NCBI GenBank assembly: GCA_002269645.1
Contig: NIVC01000578.1
Span: 541,202 to 605,201, forward strand
DNA length: 64,000 bases
Origin: Macrostomum lignano
Lineage: Eukaryota
Direction of reading: 5' to 3'
The notes under the pieces were generated by a model that did not search any database, was not told the origin of the DNA, and was given only the letters and a program-made list of their open reading frames with translations. Shown here piece by piece: positions 1 to 12,755 of this stretch. The position numbers were made by a program, and so were the translations under genes. How positions within the stretch are numbered: position 1 is the first letter of the stretch; the number at the start of each line of letters is the position of its first letter.

Positions 1-56
1 GACGGTCAGTATTGCTTACCCCAGAGCCCGCCAAATGAGATTCCAACTGACGGTGC

Positions 57-353
57 GTGATTTGGGATACGAATTCGGCTCTAAGCGTGAAGGCTCCAAT
101 TATGGCCAGCGAGGCCAGTGTGCAGGCTCTGGAATCGCTGCAGGTTTTCTACCGTCACCTCTTCATCATGCGGGCAGATCGGCTGGGCGCCGACAACCTG
201 CGATTCGTGTCGGGGAATTTCGGCATCATGTTTCTGAGGGCTCGGTACATCGGACTGGCTCGCCTGAAGCACGCTCACCACCTGCTGCTGAGAGGCATCT
301 GCGGCCTGTGCAGGGTTTGGTATCTTTGGCAAATTGGCAGTATAAAAGACTGA
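57..353 (+). CDS. Possible terminal exon or fragment of an unknown gene
   Basis: Open frame with coding-like codon usage (MASEASVQALESLQVFYRHLFIMRADRLG...). No recognisable domain; the 5' context is at the window edge. Confidence 0.25.
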   Translation: MIWDTNSALSVKAPIMASEASVQALESLQVFYRHLFIMRADRLGADNLRFVSGNFGIMFLRARYIGLARLKHAHHLLLRGICGLCRVWYLWQIGSIKD

Positions 354-1430
354 GTGAACTATAAACTGCTAGTGGCTTGCTGATGTCGAGGACCTGTTGT
401 GATGTTTAACACGTACTAGAGCATATTGTTACCATTCTGTATTCCTCTAGTACGGATCTGTTTGTTCCTACTTTAGTTATATTTATGCGATAAGATGATT
501 TTAGGATGTTTTCGCTTGTTAACAATGGACAAAATGAAACAGTTTGATAAAACGGGTCAATATCTGAATACACTGAAAGTACGCAGCACGATTTTAGCAG
601 TGCTTTTTTAATTTCTACAAAGAAATATCAATCAATTTTAAATGATTCGTAGCCGTCTTTTGGACAAGGACTACTAATGTAGTCCACTAGAGTAGTCCTT
701 GGTGTTGGGCAGAAAATCGACACACGTGAAGCTGTTGCAATAGCTGTTACAATTATTTTGCTATCAGCCCGTACAAGACCTTGATGCGGTTGCTAACAAA
801 GAAATTAAAATAATAATACTCGTGAACACCGCCTGAGGAACATCTGAAACATTGTTGCTGCTACTTGATGCAAAATTCTATTATCCTTGGATAAAGACAG
901 CGTAAAATAAGCAACACAAAGCAACGCAGGCACATAAACTTCAAGAACATGGGCTGAATTTTGTTGCACACCTTCTGACACAAGAATGCAGACCATCGAG
1001 ATAATCCAAAGTTCTGCCAGGAGGTCGGATTAGTGTATTAACTACACCCCTGTGCGGCAATCAGCACTGCGTCTCAGTGCGGCCTTAACAAGCCTTCAAC
1101 TTTCATCAGCGCGTCGACCACGTTCTCCTAGTATCTGGCTTTGTTGGTCACTGGCCTTCACCCACGCGGAGCTTTTGGACATTCAAAAGTGGCACTAGGT
1201 GGCTATGGACACCCTGTTGCGAATTTCTCCAGTTTTTCTGATCAAGCCTCGGCGGTGAGCAAACATCAACTGCTGGACATCCTCAGCTAATCTCTCAAGC
1301 GTTCACCACCTCGACGCCGTAAGCACCTTAGCCAGGTGACACCCTTGGTATAGTTCTACTGTTGATGAGCTCCAAATCTCTGTTCACGACACGACTGACA
1401 CTATCGAGCTGAGTTCCATGAAATTTGAGC

Positions 1431-1774
1431 CCTCACTACCGCGCTGAGTCCTCACTACCGCACTGAGCCCCTCACTACCGCGCTGAGCCCCTCACTACCG
1501 CGCTGAGCGACTCACTACCGCACTGAGCCCCTCACTACCGCGCTGAGCCCCTCACTACCGCACTGAGCCCCTCACTACCGCGCTGAGCCCCTCACTACCG
1601 CGCTGAGCGACTCACTACCGCACTGAGCCCCTCACTACCGCACTGAGCCCCTCACTACCGCACTGAGCCCCTCACTACCGCACTGAGCCCCTCACTACCG
1701 CGCTGAGTCCTCACTACCGCGCTGAGCCCCTCACTACCGCGCTGAGCCCCTCACTACCGCGCTGAGCCCCTCAC
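1431..1774. repeat. 20-bp minisatellite (CTCACTACCGCGCTGAGCCC)
   Basis: Direct tandem array seen in the sequence. Confidence 0.95.
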
Positions 1775-2353
1775 TTATTGAACCGCTTACTATTGCGCTG
1801 AGCAACTTATACCTTTAGGAGTATTAAGTCTCACAAGGACTCTGCGTTCCTCATTCTGAAGAATTTAAATTTTAGGTTTTTTGGAAGGCATGACGATTTC
1901 TTGGGTGAATAATGGAAATGGCCATAAGTTAGCATACCAAAGTAGAGTCTCTTAAGGAGTCGCATTTTATGTCAGTGCAAGCGTACGCGAGTATATGGCA
2001 GTTTATGGCAGCATGTGAGTGGGGCAGTTCAACACCCAATTGTAGTTGTTGAGGCTCACCCGACACACAAACGGTTGCAAAACATTATTAAACGCTGGCT
2101 GATAGCTTGTATGCACTTCTCTAATGACTCTCGTCTCGGTCTTTCTACCCCAGGCGGTTTGGGCTGCTGCACACTTATTGTTGTTTTCGCATCACTGCCT
2201 TTTGTAGCTAGCAGTTGTTCGTACCCATGCTTCAGTAGGTGGATATAAATATGATAAATATACGGACAGGAGTAGAGAATCCAGAGCTCAATGGTTACTT
2301 AACGTCGAGATAGCAGCTCTCCGCAACCATACATACACCTGTGACCCGCTGAA

Positions 2354-3381
2354 ATGCCGGGCAACGAACCTTCGGCAGAGCCCACGGAAGATGAGTTGAT
2401 TTCAGCTCTGGCCTCTAACAACTCGGGCGCTGTTCAAAGTATTATTTCTGGCGGAAAATGTGTTGACCATTTTATTGTGTATAAAGGTAAACATTTTACG
2501 CCGGCAATGATTGCATGCGACTTAGAAAGGACAGATCTCCTCATATATTAATTGAAGCAAAGGTGGATTTGGATAGGCAAAACAGCGACGGCATCTCAGC
2601 TTTGTATCTAGCTTCATACCAAGGCTTTTTTTCAATTGTCGAGCTACTAATTCATGCACAAGTCGATGTCAATCTTCAAACACGTGAGGGAAAATCATCT
2701 CTTTTTGCAGCATCGCAGCACGGTCATCATCAAGTGGCTAAGCTTCTCATAAAAGCCCAAGCCGATATTGATCTTGCCTATTGTTCTCCTCTTTACATGG
2801 CGGCGCAGGAGGGTCATTGCAAGGTTATTGAGTCGCTAGTCAGAGCGCAAGCTGAAGTAAATCTTCAAACAGTGATCGGCTCCACGCCACTGTACGTTGC
2901 CTCGCTTGAGGATCGGTATCAAGCAGTAGAATTGCTCATTAAAGCACAAGCTGATGTCGACCTTCAGGATTTTGATGGGTTTTCGCCCCTATACATCGCT
3001 TCAGAGCAGGGTTATCTAAAGGTGATGAACTCACTAATCAGAGGAAAAGCTGACGTAAATCTTCAAGATTCTAAAGGCTGCTCACCGATATTCGCAGCGT
3101 GTCAGCAAGGGCATTACCAAGTAGTCGAGTCTCTCTTGAAAGCCCAAGCCGATGTCACCAGTGCAAATGGCGCAGGAAAGATACCTTTAGATATTGTTTC
3201 ACAAAACAATCACTATCAGACTGTCAAGTTAATTATCGAGTTCTGCATTCGTAATGGCATTCAAGCCAGCTATTTAAAACAGGGTCTGAGATGTGCCGAA
3301 GAGTTTGAGAATGACCGTGTTGTGGAACTGTTTCATGCTGCCACGTCACTGGATGACTCTGGAATAAACGTTGAAAAGTAA
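2354..3381 (+). CDS. Ankyrin-repeat protein or exon (about 8 repeats) with a 1-nt frameshift near 2545; possibly the N-terminal part of the downstream cGLR gene
   Basis: Repeats of the form V(N/D)LQxxxGxSPLYxAxxxGHxxVVELLIKAQ. ORFs 2354-2551 and 2515-3381 join into one repeat (TPAMIACDLERTDLL|HILIEAK). The apparent stop overlaps a donor consensus, AA|GTAAGT at 3378. Confidence 0.85.
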
Positions 3382-6300
3382 GTGCTGCATTTTCGATAGC
3401 TAATTTGATCACTTTTGGGTAGCTGGGAGGGAGAATGAATCCAACCCTCGCGCTCACTTCTTGGGTTACATCACGCAGCATGGGCCATATTACGCAGGTT
3501 CAGGACTCAGGTGCTGGCCTGAAGGCTCGTGCGATTTTCACTCATGTGGACCGACCCTCAAGCTTCAGAATACACATACAGACGATGCTGAGAGCAGATA
3601 TACAGCTCTGCGTGTGTGCCTGAGTACATATTCGGGCGCGTGCTCGTGCTTAGGTGCCGTCCGAGGAACGTCCATAGTTACTTTCCCCTCGCTGGATGTT
3701 TGTCGATGTGCAAACTGCATGTCATCTACGAGCTACTGACTTAAAATTCTTTATCTTAACGCCCCGATTTTCGAGCGCATGTGAAACATATATTACCACT
3801 GCTTTCATCCTACAGACAGACGCACAGTGATGAGGAACTAAGCCAGCTGCTTCACTTAGCCCTGTCTAAATCGGGTTTCGTGCAATCCCGTGCTGTTTTT
3901 CAAAGCTCGACCGCAGATTTTCTTCAAGATATTCTTTTTAAAAGATATCATACGGACGAGTACTTTGTCGTAGGCAGCTTCGCTGAAGGCTGGGGCAACA
4001 GCCTGGTCACTCTGGATGGCAGAACTGACTTCGACTCTGACGTTGATGTGATGTGGCTCACTCATGGAAAACCCTTTCACCTGAAAGACTTTTGCGAGTG
4101 CGCTGACAGAAGTGAGCGGACAGTAGAGTACTGCAAGGGGCACATTTTGTGCTCTGGATTTGGTAAGAGTGCTGATGTCACTTTCTCCGCTACTACATTG
4201 TTTTGAAATAGAGCATTAATCAGACAAGCATACATACAAGCATACATACCTAAGCAGTACAATCCAAAAATTTCAGCGTCGAATCCAGCCCGCTCATATC
4301 TGGGGTTCAACCAGAGGCCGACTTTGGACGAGGTGCCGGCGCATCGCCTCTGCCGCTACCCGCCTATTGCTCCACTGCAGCCAGACAGAGTTGCGAAGTC
4401 CAACATCTTCCCAGCCGTGCTGCAGTCGATCCAGCGCGATGTTACTTCAGCCTCGTCACCCTGTCACATAGTGCACGCAGCTCCCCCTGGTAAGGCCGGT
4501 GAGCAGCTTCGAGTGAGCACCAGCTTCCTTGAGAGGCGGCTGTTACGAAATCTGACCACTCTACAGGGTCAAATGTTTGTCATTCTGAAGTGGCTACTCA
4601 AAAAGGCAATCTGCCACAATGGCTTCAGGACGTATCATGCAAAGACAATCACGTTCCGTATGCTAGAAGAGACGCCACCTGATCAGTGGAAATCAGAGAA
4701 CCTGGTGAATCTCACGAGACGTTCGCTGCAGATTTTGATTGACAGTGTTGAGAACGCCTGTAGGTCAGGCTATTTGGATTGTCGGATTATGGACCACTTC
4801 TTCTTGAGCGATGCAGCTGTCTACCTAAAAGGCGCGGACCCAAACTCAGCCGACAGTGTGCGGGAATCACTGCACCAAGCATCAAGTGCAGCGAAGGACA
4901 TTGTCGCTAGGCTGCCTGAGCTGCTAATTTATTTCAAGGACAGTCTGCAACCAATCAATGAATTCGGTCGATTTTACTTCAATCCATTCCTAATTCTTTC
5001 GCTACTTCCAGCTCATCATAGCACGCGTGTTTCAAGCGCCACCAAGTGCGAGTACCATGAGATTTATGACGTGCTGTTGGAAGCCATGCGTCGTCTGCCA
5101 GCTGTGGACGGCAATGCAGAGTCTCTCATGGATTTGATTGACAAGCTCCCAGACTGTGCTCGATCAGCGCGAGAGTCTGTCAGAGCAATTATTTGCCTTC
5201 AGTTGGGTAAAAGAGACGCTGCAGCGGATATTTTGAAAAGTCTCAAGGGCTTCAGCGCAAGTAGAGGCATTGATTGGCCGGCTGAAAGATCAGCCAGCGA
5301 AGCGACTGTGGAGTTCGTTTTGCAGCACTATCCGAGTGCCACTATCCGAGTTTTCCAGCGAGTTTGAACAGCTGCAAAATTCCACCATTTTACAACTTTG
5401 AATTATTCATTTTTCAATAATTTTTTTGAACAAGAGATGCTTATGAATATTTCCACGTAGATATTTTTATCCGACCAAACCAACTGGAATCAATAGCCGG
5501 TCAAACAAGTTGACTAGAAACGCCGAGCCATCCTACCCAGCTTTTGAGCTTTATTCCCTATTTTGCTTAGAACTGCAATTCTTTCAGTTAAAAACATGCT
5601 AAGATGAACGCCAAGTCGGTCCACACTAAGCAGGCGGTTAGACTGGGATGTCTCGGCGTTTCTAGTCGACTGGTCCGGTCAGCTAAGCCAGATATCTATT
5701 CCAGACGCTCTGGTCCGCTGCCGTGCTTTGGGTTCCATTCCAGCGCTTACGCTGCTGACATCCCTTTAAAGGCAGTTGCAGCACATACTTCATGTACCCG
5801 CAGCTATTCTACCGCAGCCTTACTGTCAAGGAGTCTTTAACAGTGCAAGCTGGAGTGGAAATCCATCTGGAATCCGGAATCCAGGATCTGGATTTTTTAT
5901 TTAATGGGGGTCATTTTGTGTATATTTTATTACCTGTGATTATTCCAATATCTTCATTTCCAAAAGTTTGAGTTTCATTCATTGTTCTGTTCAAATACAT
6001 TTTGCTCTGTTCTGTTGAGGATTCGATGTTAGTTTAGAGACCAACTTTGAAAGGTTTCCGTATTTTCAATCCACCCGGACGAAACAAGTTATTTTCTAAT
6101 TTTGGTTGTGTATTGGTCTATAATGACGGAACACCCTCGGTAACTTTATATTAAAGGTACACTACAGAACGTTACCTCTGCTTCCCTTTTGTTTTGTAAG
6201 ATTATTCGCGTTAATTGGTCCTTCAAAGTTGTTCAGTGAGTACTCTCTGACCCCAACATACCCCAACTGGCCCTGACTCTCAACAAACGCTTCACAATGG

Positions 6301-6960
6301 CTGATGTTTATCTAACTCTTTCTAACAGTGTGCTGTTTCTGCTTTTGATTTTGATATGGATTTTACCTATCAGTGAAGTATCCTGTTTTTATCATTGTTT
6401 TCAAAGTCATTCTCTTATGATTCTAACAATTTTTCAAACAAAAAATTGGTTTCGGCTAGTTTGTCGTACATCTGAGGCTCCTCAGCAGCCCCCCCCAGTT
6501 GCTTGTTATTCTGCATCCTCTTTGATAAAGCTTGTTTATCATCACAATATTGTCACTTATTGCGCTGATCATCGAAAAATCAGACTGCTTTAACCGATTT
6601 GCATAGTTTTATAACTGAAATCCTGCACTGGGAAATCTCCCCTGTAAATAAGAGACGTGACGTGAACCCTCAAAGAATAGATATCGGTGCAGGAGCCGTG
6701 AAATGAGCTAATTAGTTCTAAAAAAGGCATGCTGAAGGATTAGAAAGGGCCATCTGCCTGTCGGCATCGCCGACAATCGGCCGCAATCCGGGAGCCCAGC
6801 TACTGACAGAAACCATTCCAGCGCCATTCCGTTGTACTCCAACTTCGCAGCTCACCCTGCGAGACGCTTGAGACTTTTCACCAGCACCGCGACAACCAGT
6901 ATAGCCCACTCACCAAATATCGCAGCTCTGGCAACTCACTCATGGTGAAGATGAAGATGT
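3212..6960 (+). repeat. Left arm of a large inverted segmental duplication (partner 56740-64000)
   Basis: The reverse complement of 63960-64000 matches 3212-3253. Homology continues through the cGLR gene to about 5830, then 5830-6425 matches 60090-60620 and 6420-6960 matches 56740-57220. Confidence 0.95.
3775..5367 (+). CDS. Mab-21/cGAS-like nucleotidyltransferase (cGLR family), copy 1, C-terminally truncated relative to copy 2
   Basis: Motifs GSFAEG...SDVDVM, LDEVPA(HRLCRYP), [32 protein letters not shown]...W...NL and DHFF match the Mab-21/cGLR fold. Phase-1 intron 4163-4276 (G|GTAAGA...TTTCAG|) joins ORFs 3781 and 4324. The 5' boundary is uncertain. Confidence 0.85.
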
Positions 6961-7453
6961 ATAAGGATGATAATCAACTGTCATTTAGGGACTATCGTAG
7001 GAACAATTAGGAATAGGACTTAGGTTTAGGTTAGGAAATTAGGGAATTGCATTGTTATCAGAGCGTGGAGTGTAGCACTTGAAGCCAAAAGTTGAAAGAA
7101 TTTTTTTAAGGCAACAAAATCTGGCAACTGCGCATTTGGAAACTCAGCTATGCAGTGCTTTGAGTTGGGTGCGGCACTTGGGAATATTAGTCAGTGATAA
7201 TGTTTTTGTAGCTTATGGGTGAGACAAGCCTGACTTCTACAGAGCCTTTCCTGCACAGCCGGCAACACCGAGCCCAGAATGTCGACCAGAACGGGTTCCC
7301 GAAGATTGGTCCGCTTGCTGACTTTTGGAATTAAAACTTCAAGAGTGTAGAATTGTTTTGCTACTTTGCTAGCAATGGTATCGCTTTAATGTACGTTTGC
7401 TCTCTATGTACATCGCTAGTACAACTTGCATAAATATAGAGAGTATTGCCCCT

Positions 7454-8170
7454 GAATGGATTCAGGCTTCATGAATGGATTCAGGCTTCATGAATGGATT
7501 CAGGCTTCGGGAACGGATTCAGGCTTCAGGAACGGATTCAGGCTTCATGAACGGATTCAGGCTTCGGGAACGGATTCAGGCTTCAGGAACGGATTCAGGA
7601 TTCAGGAATGGATTTAGACAGGAACGGATTCAGGCTTCGGGAACGGATTCAGGCTTCAGGAACGGATTCAGGATTCAGGAATGGATTTAGACAGGAACGG
7701 ATTCAGGCTTCGGGAATGGATTTAGACAGGAACGGATTCAGGCTTCGGGAACGGATTCAGGCTTCAGGAATGGATTCAGGCTTCAGGAATGGATTCAGGC
7801 TTCAGGAACGGATTCAGGATTCAGGAATGGATTTAGACAGGAACGGATTCAGGCTTCGGGAATGGATTTAGACAGGAACGGATTCAGGCTTCGGGAACGG
7901 ATTCAGGCTTCAGGAATGGATTCAGGCTTCAGGAATGGATTCAGGCTTTGGGAACGGATTCAGGCTTCAGGAACGGATTCAGGCTTCGGGAACGGATTCA
8001 GGCTTCGGGAACGGATTCAGGCTTCAGGAACGGATTCAGGATTCAGGAATGGATTTAGACAGGAATGGATTCAGGCTTCGGGAACGGATTCAGGCTTCAG
8101 GAATGGATTCAGGCTTCGGGAACGGATTCAGGCTTCAGGAACGGATTCAGGCTTCAGGAACGGATTCAGG
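7454..8170. repeat. About 18-bp minisatellite (GGATTCAGGCTTC(A/G)GGAA(C/T)) with variant units
   Basis: Tandem array; it explains ORFs 7475-8307. Confidence 0.95.
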
Positions 8171-8939
8171 GTTTGGCAACAAGAGATTACCTAACTGAGC
8201 TGCAAACTCATCGCACACCAGTTGGAAGTTCTATTCAACAATCTATGCACGCATTTTCAGATGATTCGCTACAAATATTTTCTTACTACTCATTAGTAGG
8301 CGATTGAGCGCGAAAAGTCTGCACTTTTTAATTAATATTTCAATTTGTAACCACGTCACGCCCTGAATTAACTTAATTTAGAAAACCGATGTTTAAGGGT
8401 AAATTCTTTTGCGCTCAGGGCCAACACCGACTTCAAGCTAACCAGAACTTTGGAATCCAGTTAGGTTACAGGTGAGGCAGGCCAACATCTGGACTCAGGG
8501 GCTTTGACAGCGGGCTGGCAAAAGTATATGGTGCCGCTGACGCCAGCGCCCTTTTAAACAAAATGGCGTCAATTCAAACAAATTTGCGCTGATTCTAACA
8601 AAATTCGCCCTTTTAGACAAAGTGGCGTCAATTCAAACAAATTTGCGCCGATTCTAACAAAATTCGCCCTTTCAAACAAAATGGCGATCGTGTAAGAAAA
8701 ATGCCCCTCATCAAATCAACTAATGCCTCATCAGATTAATTAACCACGCTTCATTAACGCAAATAGCGCTCATCCACAAACATTAGCCTCCCAAATAACC
8801 AGCTGCATAGCAAATACGCCCTGTTTGAATAAAAAAATAACTTTTATTGCTTTCAGTCAAGTGCAAATTTTCTACTGCAAAGATTTCGGACAGCGCTGTC
8901 CAATAGAAGTGTCAGCCAGTCGGTCAGGGCTGCCCAGTT

Positions 8940-10594
8940 TCAATGACTCATCAGCTGACTGAGCAGCACCAGCAAAACTTGGAGAGTCAGCGCGCTGCCA
9001 CCTGGACACCCAAGCGGCAACGACGCACCGGACGGGAGCTCCGGCTCAATGGGAGTGCAGGCCTTGGCGTCCGCAGCCAGCAGGTCCTGCAGCAGCTGCA
9101 GTCCAATCTCCGGCCGCTCAGTCACCACGGAGTGTCCGGCACCGATCACCGTCCGGTACCTGATCCGGCCGCCCAGGTAGGACCTCTGGACGCCTCCGAT
9201 CTGCAGTCCGAAGCCCGGCGCCCGCATCGAGTAGAGCCAGGCGCCCTCGCCCTCGCGCAACGGATCCACGGGCAGCCGGTCCAGCAGCTGCTGCGTGCAC
9301 CCCAGAGGCAGCATCCAGTCCAGGGCCCCGTGGTACAGCAGCACCGACACGCAGCTGCTGGCAGCTGTCACCAGCTGCTGCAGAACATCTTTGTTTCTTC
9401 TTTGATAGTGTCCGGTTATCAGGACATTGCACAAGCTGTAGTTCACCTGGCCGCTCACGCCAAGAGCTCTCTGCACTCTGATGTCAGCCATGAAGCTGCT
9501 CAGGCCCGTCGTGTTCGAGCAGGGGTAGCCGCCACTTTCGCTGCTCAAGAAGCAGGGCTGCGCCAGGTTGTAAGGGTTCACTTGTGCCGCCTCCGAGCTC
9601 TGCGGGTGCATCGGTAGGCTTAGCCAGTCAGCCAGCTCGCAGAGGGGCTTCAGTGAGAGCCCAACTGCAGCCAGTGAGGAAGGCAGCAGTCATGCTCATC
9701 CCGCTAAGCCCTGAGCACTCATACGGATACGTACGGAGGCGCACACTCGACAAGGGTGCATTGTCATGGTCCGCGCCCACAAGGGTTGGCCCTCATAGGC
9801 GCGAATCTCAAAGCAATCTCCGAGTCAGTTTCCGTGCACGAGTCCCGAATTAACTGCTGGAATTAATTGCCGGAACTCACCAGATCGATGAGGTTGACCT
9901 CATCAGACCGAATGCCCAGCGCCTTCGTGACTGCTTCGCGATACGGCGACATGTCAAAGTCGTTGATTGTAACGTGCAGGCCGTTGCCCACGGCGATGCC
10001 CTTCAGGTTGATGAGGCTGGGCCAATGCCCGCCGTCGATGATGGCGCTGGCCAGCAACGGGATGTAGATCCCCGCGTAGCTCTCTCCCGCGATGTAGAAG
10101 GCCCGGCCTCGGTACTCGGGGAACAGGCTGTAGAAGTGGAGCAGCGCTCCCAGGTTCAGCCGCGTGGTCGCGTTATCGTTGAGCTCGGACGGGTCGGTGG
10201 GTCCGGGCTCGCTCAGGCCGACACCGCTGGGCGAGTCGATGTACAGCACGTTGGCCAGCCGGTTCCACGCGAAGTCGTTGCGCTCCAGCTCGGCGCGGTC
10301 GTTCGCCAGGAACGGCCCGTTCGTCATGAGCAGGCCGCCGACCGAGGAGCAGCCGGGACCGCCGTTCATCCACAGCACGAGCGGAGCCGTCGCGGCGTCC
10401 ACGTGGGAGCTCTCGACCAGCCAGTAGAAGAGGCGCCGGCTGCCGCCGCTGCCGCTGCTGGAGGTCAGGTAGCCCGAGTACTGGGTGAAGTTCGGGCGGA
10501 ACAGCAGCCGCGGCAGCTCCTCGACGCGGCGTCTCTGGCACTCGGCGAGCGCGCAGCAGCAGAGGCAGAGCGCCAGAGTCAGAACGGGCCGCAT
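8940..10594 (-). CDS. Serine carboxypeptidase, S10 family (cathepsin A-like), paralog A; 2 exons (10594-9881, 9599-8940), about 457 aa
   Basis: Signal peptide, QYSGYL, LFYWLVES, WMNGGPGCSS, GESYAG (catalytic Ser), YHGALD (Asp), GAGH (His). Phase-0 intron CTG|GTGAGT...CCCGCAG|. Hydrophobic C-terminal tail. Confidence 0.93.
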
Positions 10595-10660
10595 GGTTGC
10601 TTGCAGCAACACCTCGGCTCAGGTGCGTAAGCCCTAGCGCGTCGACATTCTTGTGACCAC

Positions 10661-10667
10661 TTTTATA
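10661..10667 (-). promoter_or_regulatory. Candidate TATA box of carboxypeptidase A
   Basis: TATAAAA on the minus strand about 70 nt upstream of the ATG. Confidence 0.5.
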
Positions 10668-11001
10668 CGCTAAATTGGCGCACTCGCGGACATGCATATT
10701 CACGAGTACAATATATTCCATAGGCACCCCACTGGCTGTTGGAGCGAATTCACTATAAACAAACAGCTCTGCAGCCATGTAGAAATTTGCACTGCATCAG
10801 TGAAATTTGGCACCATTGCTGCAAGGTTTAAAAGAGTTTTTGGTCAGAAAAGATGCTTCTGTTGGCTGCTTATCTCGAGCTGGCGATCTCGTTCTCTGTC
10901 TCTCAAGCAGTTGCGTAAACAGTTTAGCAATGTCTTAGTAATAGTGCTGAAAGGGGTAAAGTGCTTGCAACTTGTGGCTCTTTTGACTGCCCGTATAGCG
11001 G

Positions 11002-11004
<3 letters not shown>

Positions 11005-11034
<30 letters not shown>

Positions 11035-11037
11035 GTG

Positions 11038-11114
<77 letters not shown>

Positions 11115-11117
11115 GCC

Positions 11118-11180
<63 letters not shown>

Positions 11181-11200
11181 GTGTGTCTGTGTCTGTCCGC
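11005..11200. repeat. (TCTG)n microsatellite
   Basis: Direct observation. Confidence 0.97.
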
Positions 11201-12755
11201 CTGTCTGATTCAACGATCTCTAGACTTAAAGGCTCCGCTCCCAGAGCAGACGGTCAGTTCCCCATCCCGTAATGGCAGTTTTGGATGGCCCCCCGCTGTG
11301 AGGACTTCGCAACAGCAGGTTTTCCCGGTTTTAATTTACTTCAGTTGCCAACTGAATTTTAGGAACCAGTGTTCATTGTGTGCGGCTGGTTTTACTTTTA
11401 CTTGAACAAAGCGATTGCAAGCAACTCTGACCATCTGCTTACAGTAACGGAGCAAAAACACAGCAATTAACCATCAACCCCTATTGCGAGCGGACGAATC
11501 AAGTCTAGCCATTTGGGTATTAACAAATTTGACACAGTCAAAGCTGTCAGGGTTAAAATCTAATTCCGATGCAATGGCTGACATCTAAGAGTCATACAGC
11601 AGGTACCCGGCAGGTGTCAGCGTCCACAAGCCAAGAATGAATTTTCACCCTGTTCCGTTGAATCCTGGTGAAAGCGCACACGTGGATCTCCACATTGTTG
11701 CTTAGTAGCAAGGTTCGGACTCAGTCTTCTGCCAACCTGAGCCCCTACTCGGCAAGTGGCTGAGCACCCATTTTCTGGTGAGCTTGCAGACATCGGATTT
11801 TCTGAGCTCCTTCTTTCCTGGGGTGATTAAGCCGCGAGATGAATGCCGGCAGAGACAATGGCGCTCGGGTGATTGACTCGCGCCCAGCCCAGCAGCTTAG
11901 AGGCCGATCCCAGCTGAGCTCGGGCGTGGATCAATCGATCAGCCGAGCTCGAGGACATTAAAGTCGGGCGATTCCGACCGGCCCGGTCCCGCGGGGCCTG
12001 AGATCTCTGCCGCCTCCTGAGCAGAGCGGGCCGCGGCCAAGACAGCCCGGAGAGATTTTCTCTATTAAAGGCGCGGCACCGCTGCAGGTGAGCTGTTGAC
12101 TACTCTCTATTAAAGAGGGAGGCACTTAATCCTCTACCCCCCACTCCGGTTCGAAAGACCGGCCAAAAAGTCGAATAGGAGATTGGGAACAGTTGGATAA
12201 TCTTCTTCCTCCCTGGACAAGGCGCCGCCTGCCGCCCCGCATGGACCGCCGACCCAGATGGGAGATTGGGCACCCACCTGAGCCTCCTGGAAGTCTTGAG
12301 AAAGAGAATCTGGAGAGCCAACTCGTGTTCAAATTCCCATTGTGCATGCAGATTGGGACTGCAGAAGATTCAGAGTAATCTGGCTTAAGCTGTTTATTAA
12401 ATAATTTTTTGCATCAAAAACATTTCCACCAGTGCAAAAATATTTCAGTTTAGTTATTGTTTTTTCCCCAAATTTCTGCAGACTCTGGTAAAGGCTCCTA
12501 AAAGGGAGCGGACTCTGAGCTCTACCGCAGATCCCCTTGCGGCTTGGCCGCTGGTCTCGGGGACGCCCGGGATTCGATCCGCAGCCGCAATCAAGTCGGG
12601 GCTCTCCTATTGGCTGAGAGGGCCCGACTCTCCCGGACTCAAACCGAGAGCCAATTTATACGGCCCCAACCGGAACAACTGGTTGAGATCGGCAGGGCTG
12701 AGACACTGCTTAGAACTAGCTTGTGCTTCAGAAGTCCCGACAATCCGCAACACAA

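Noticed and set aside
667-704. 11-bp hairpin CAAGGACTACT...AGTAGTCCTTG
   Set aside because: Too short to assign to a Helitron or MITE end without other copies.
1080-1330. Possible degenerate APE fragment (VDHVL-like)
   Set aside because: A single short motif in broken frames is not supportable.
2545-2551. Calling the ankyrin/cGLR loci pseudogenes
   Set aside because: The indels are mostly single-base changes in homopolymers, typical of long-read error; this cannot be decided without accurate reads.
7475-8307. Long repetitive ORFs here and at 16240-18730, 32223-33343, 38225-38794, 45709-47831, 47914-51434, 52220-53207, 54939-55359 and 57466-57788
   Set aside because: They are produced by stop-free minisatellite units, and most lie in introns or arrays.
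8943-10630. Long antisense ORFs over the carboxypeptidase, EIF2A, Olig and SLC38A9 exons
   Set aside because: These are expected shadows of GC3-rich coding sequence, with no independent domains.
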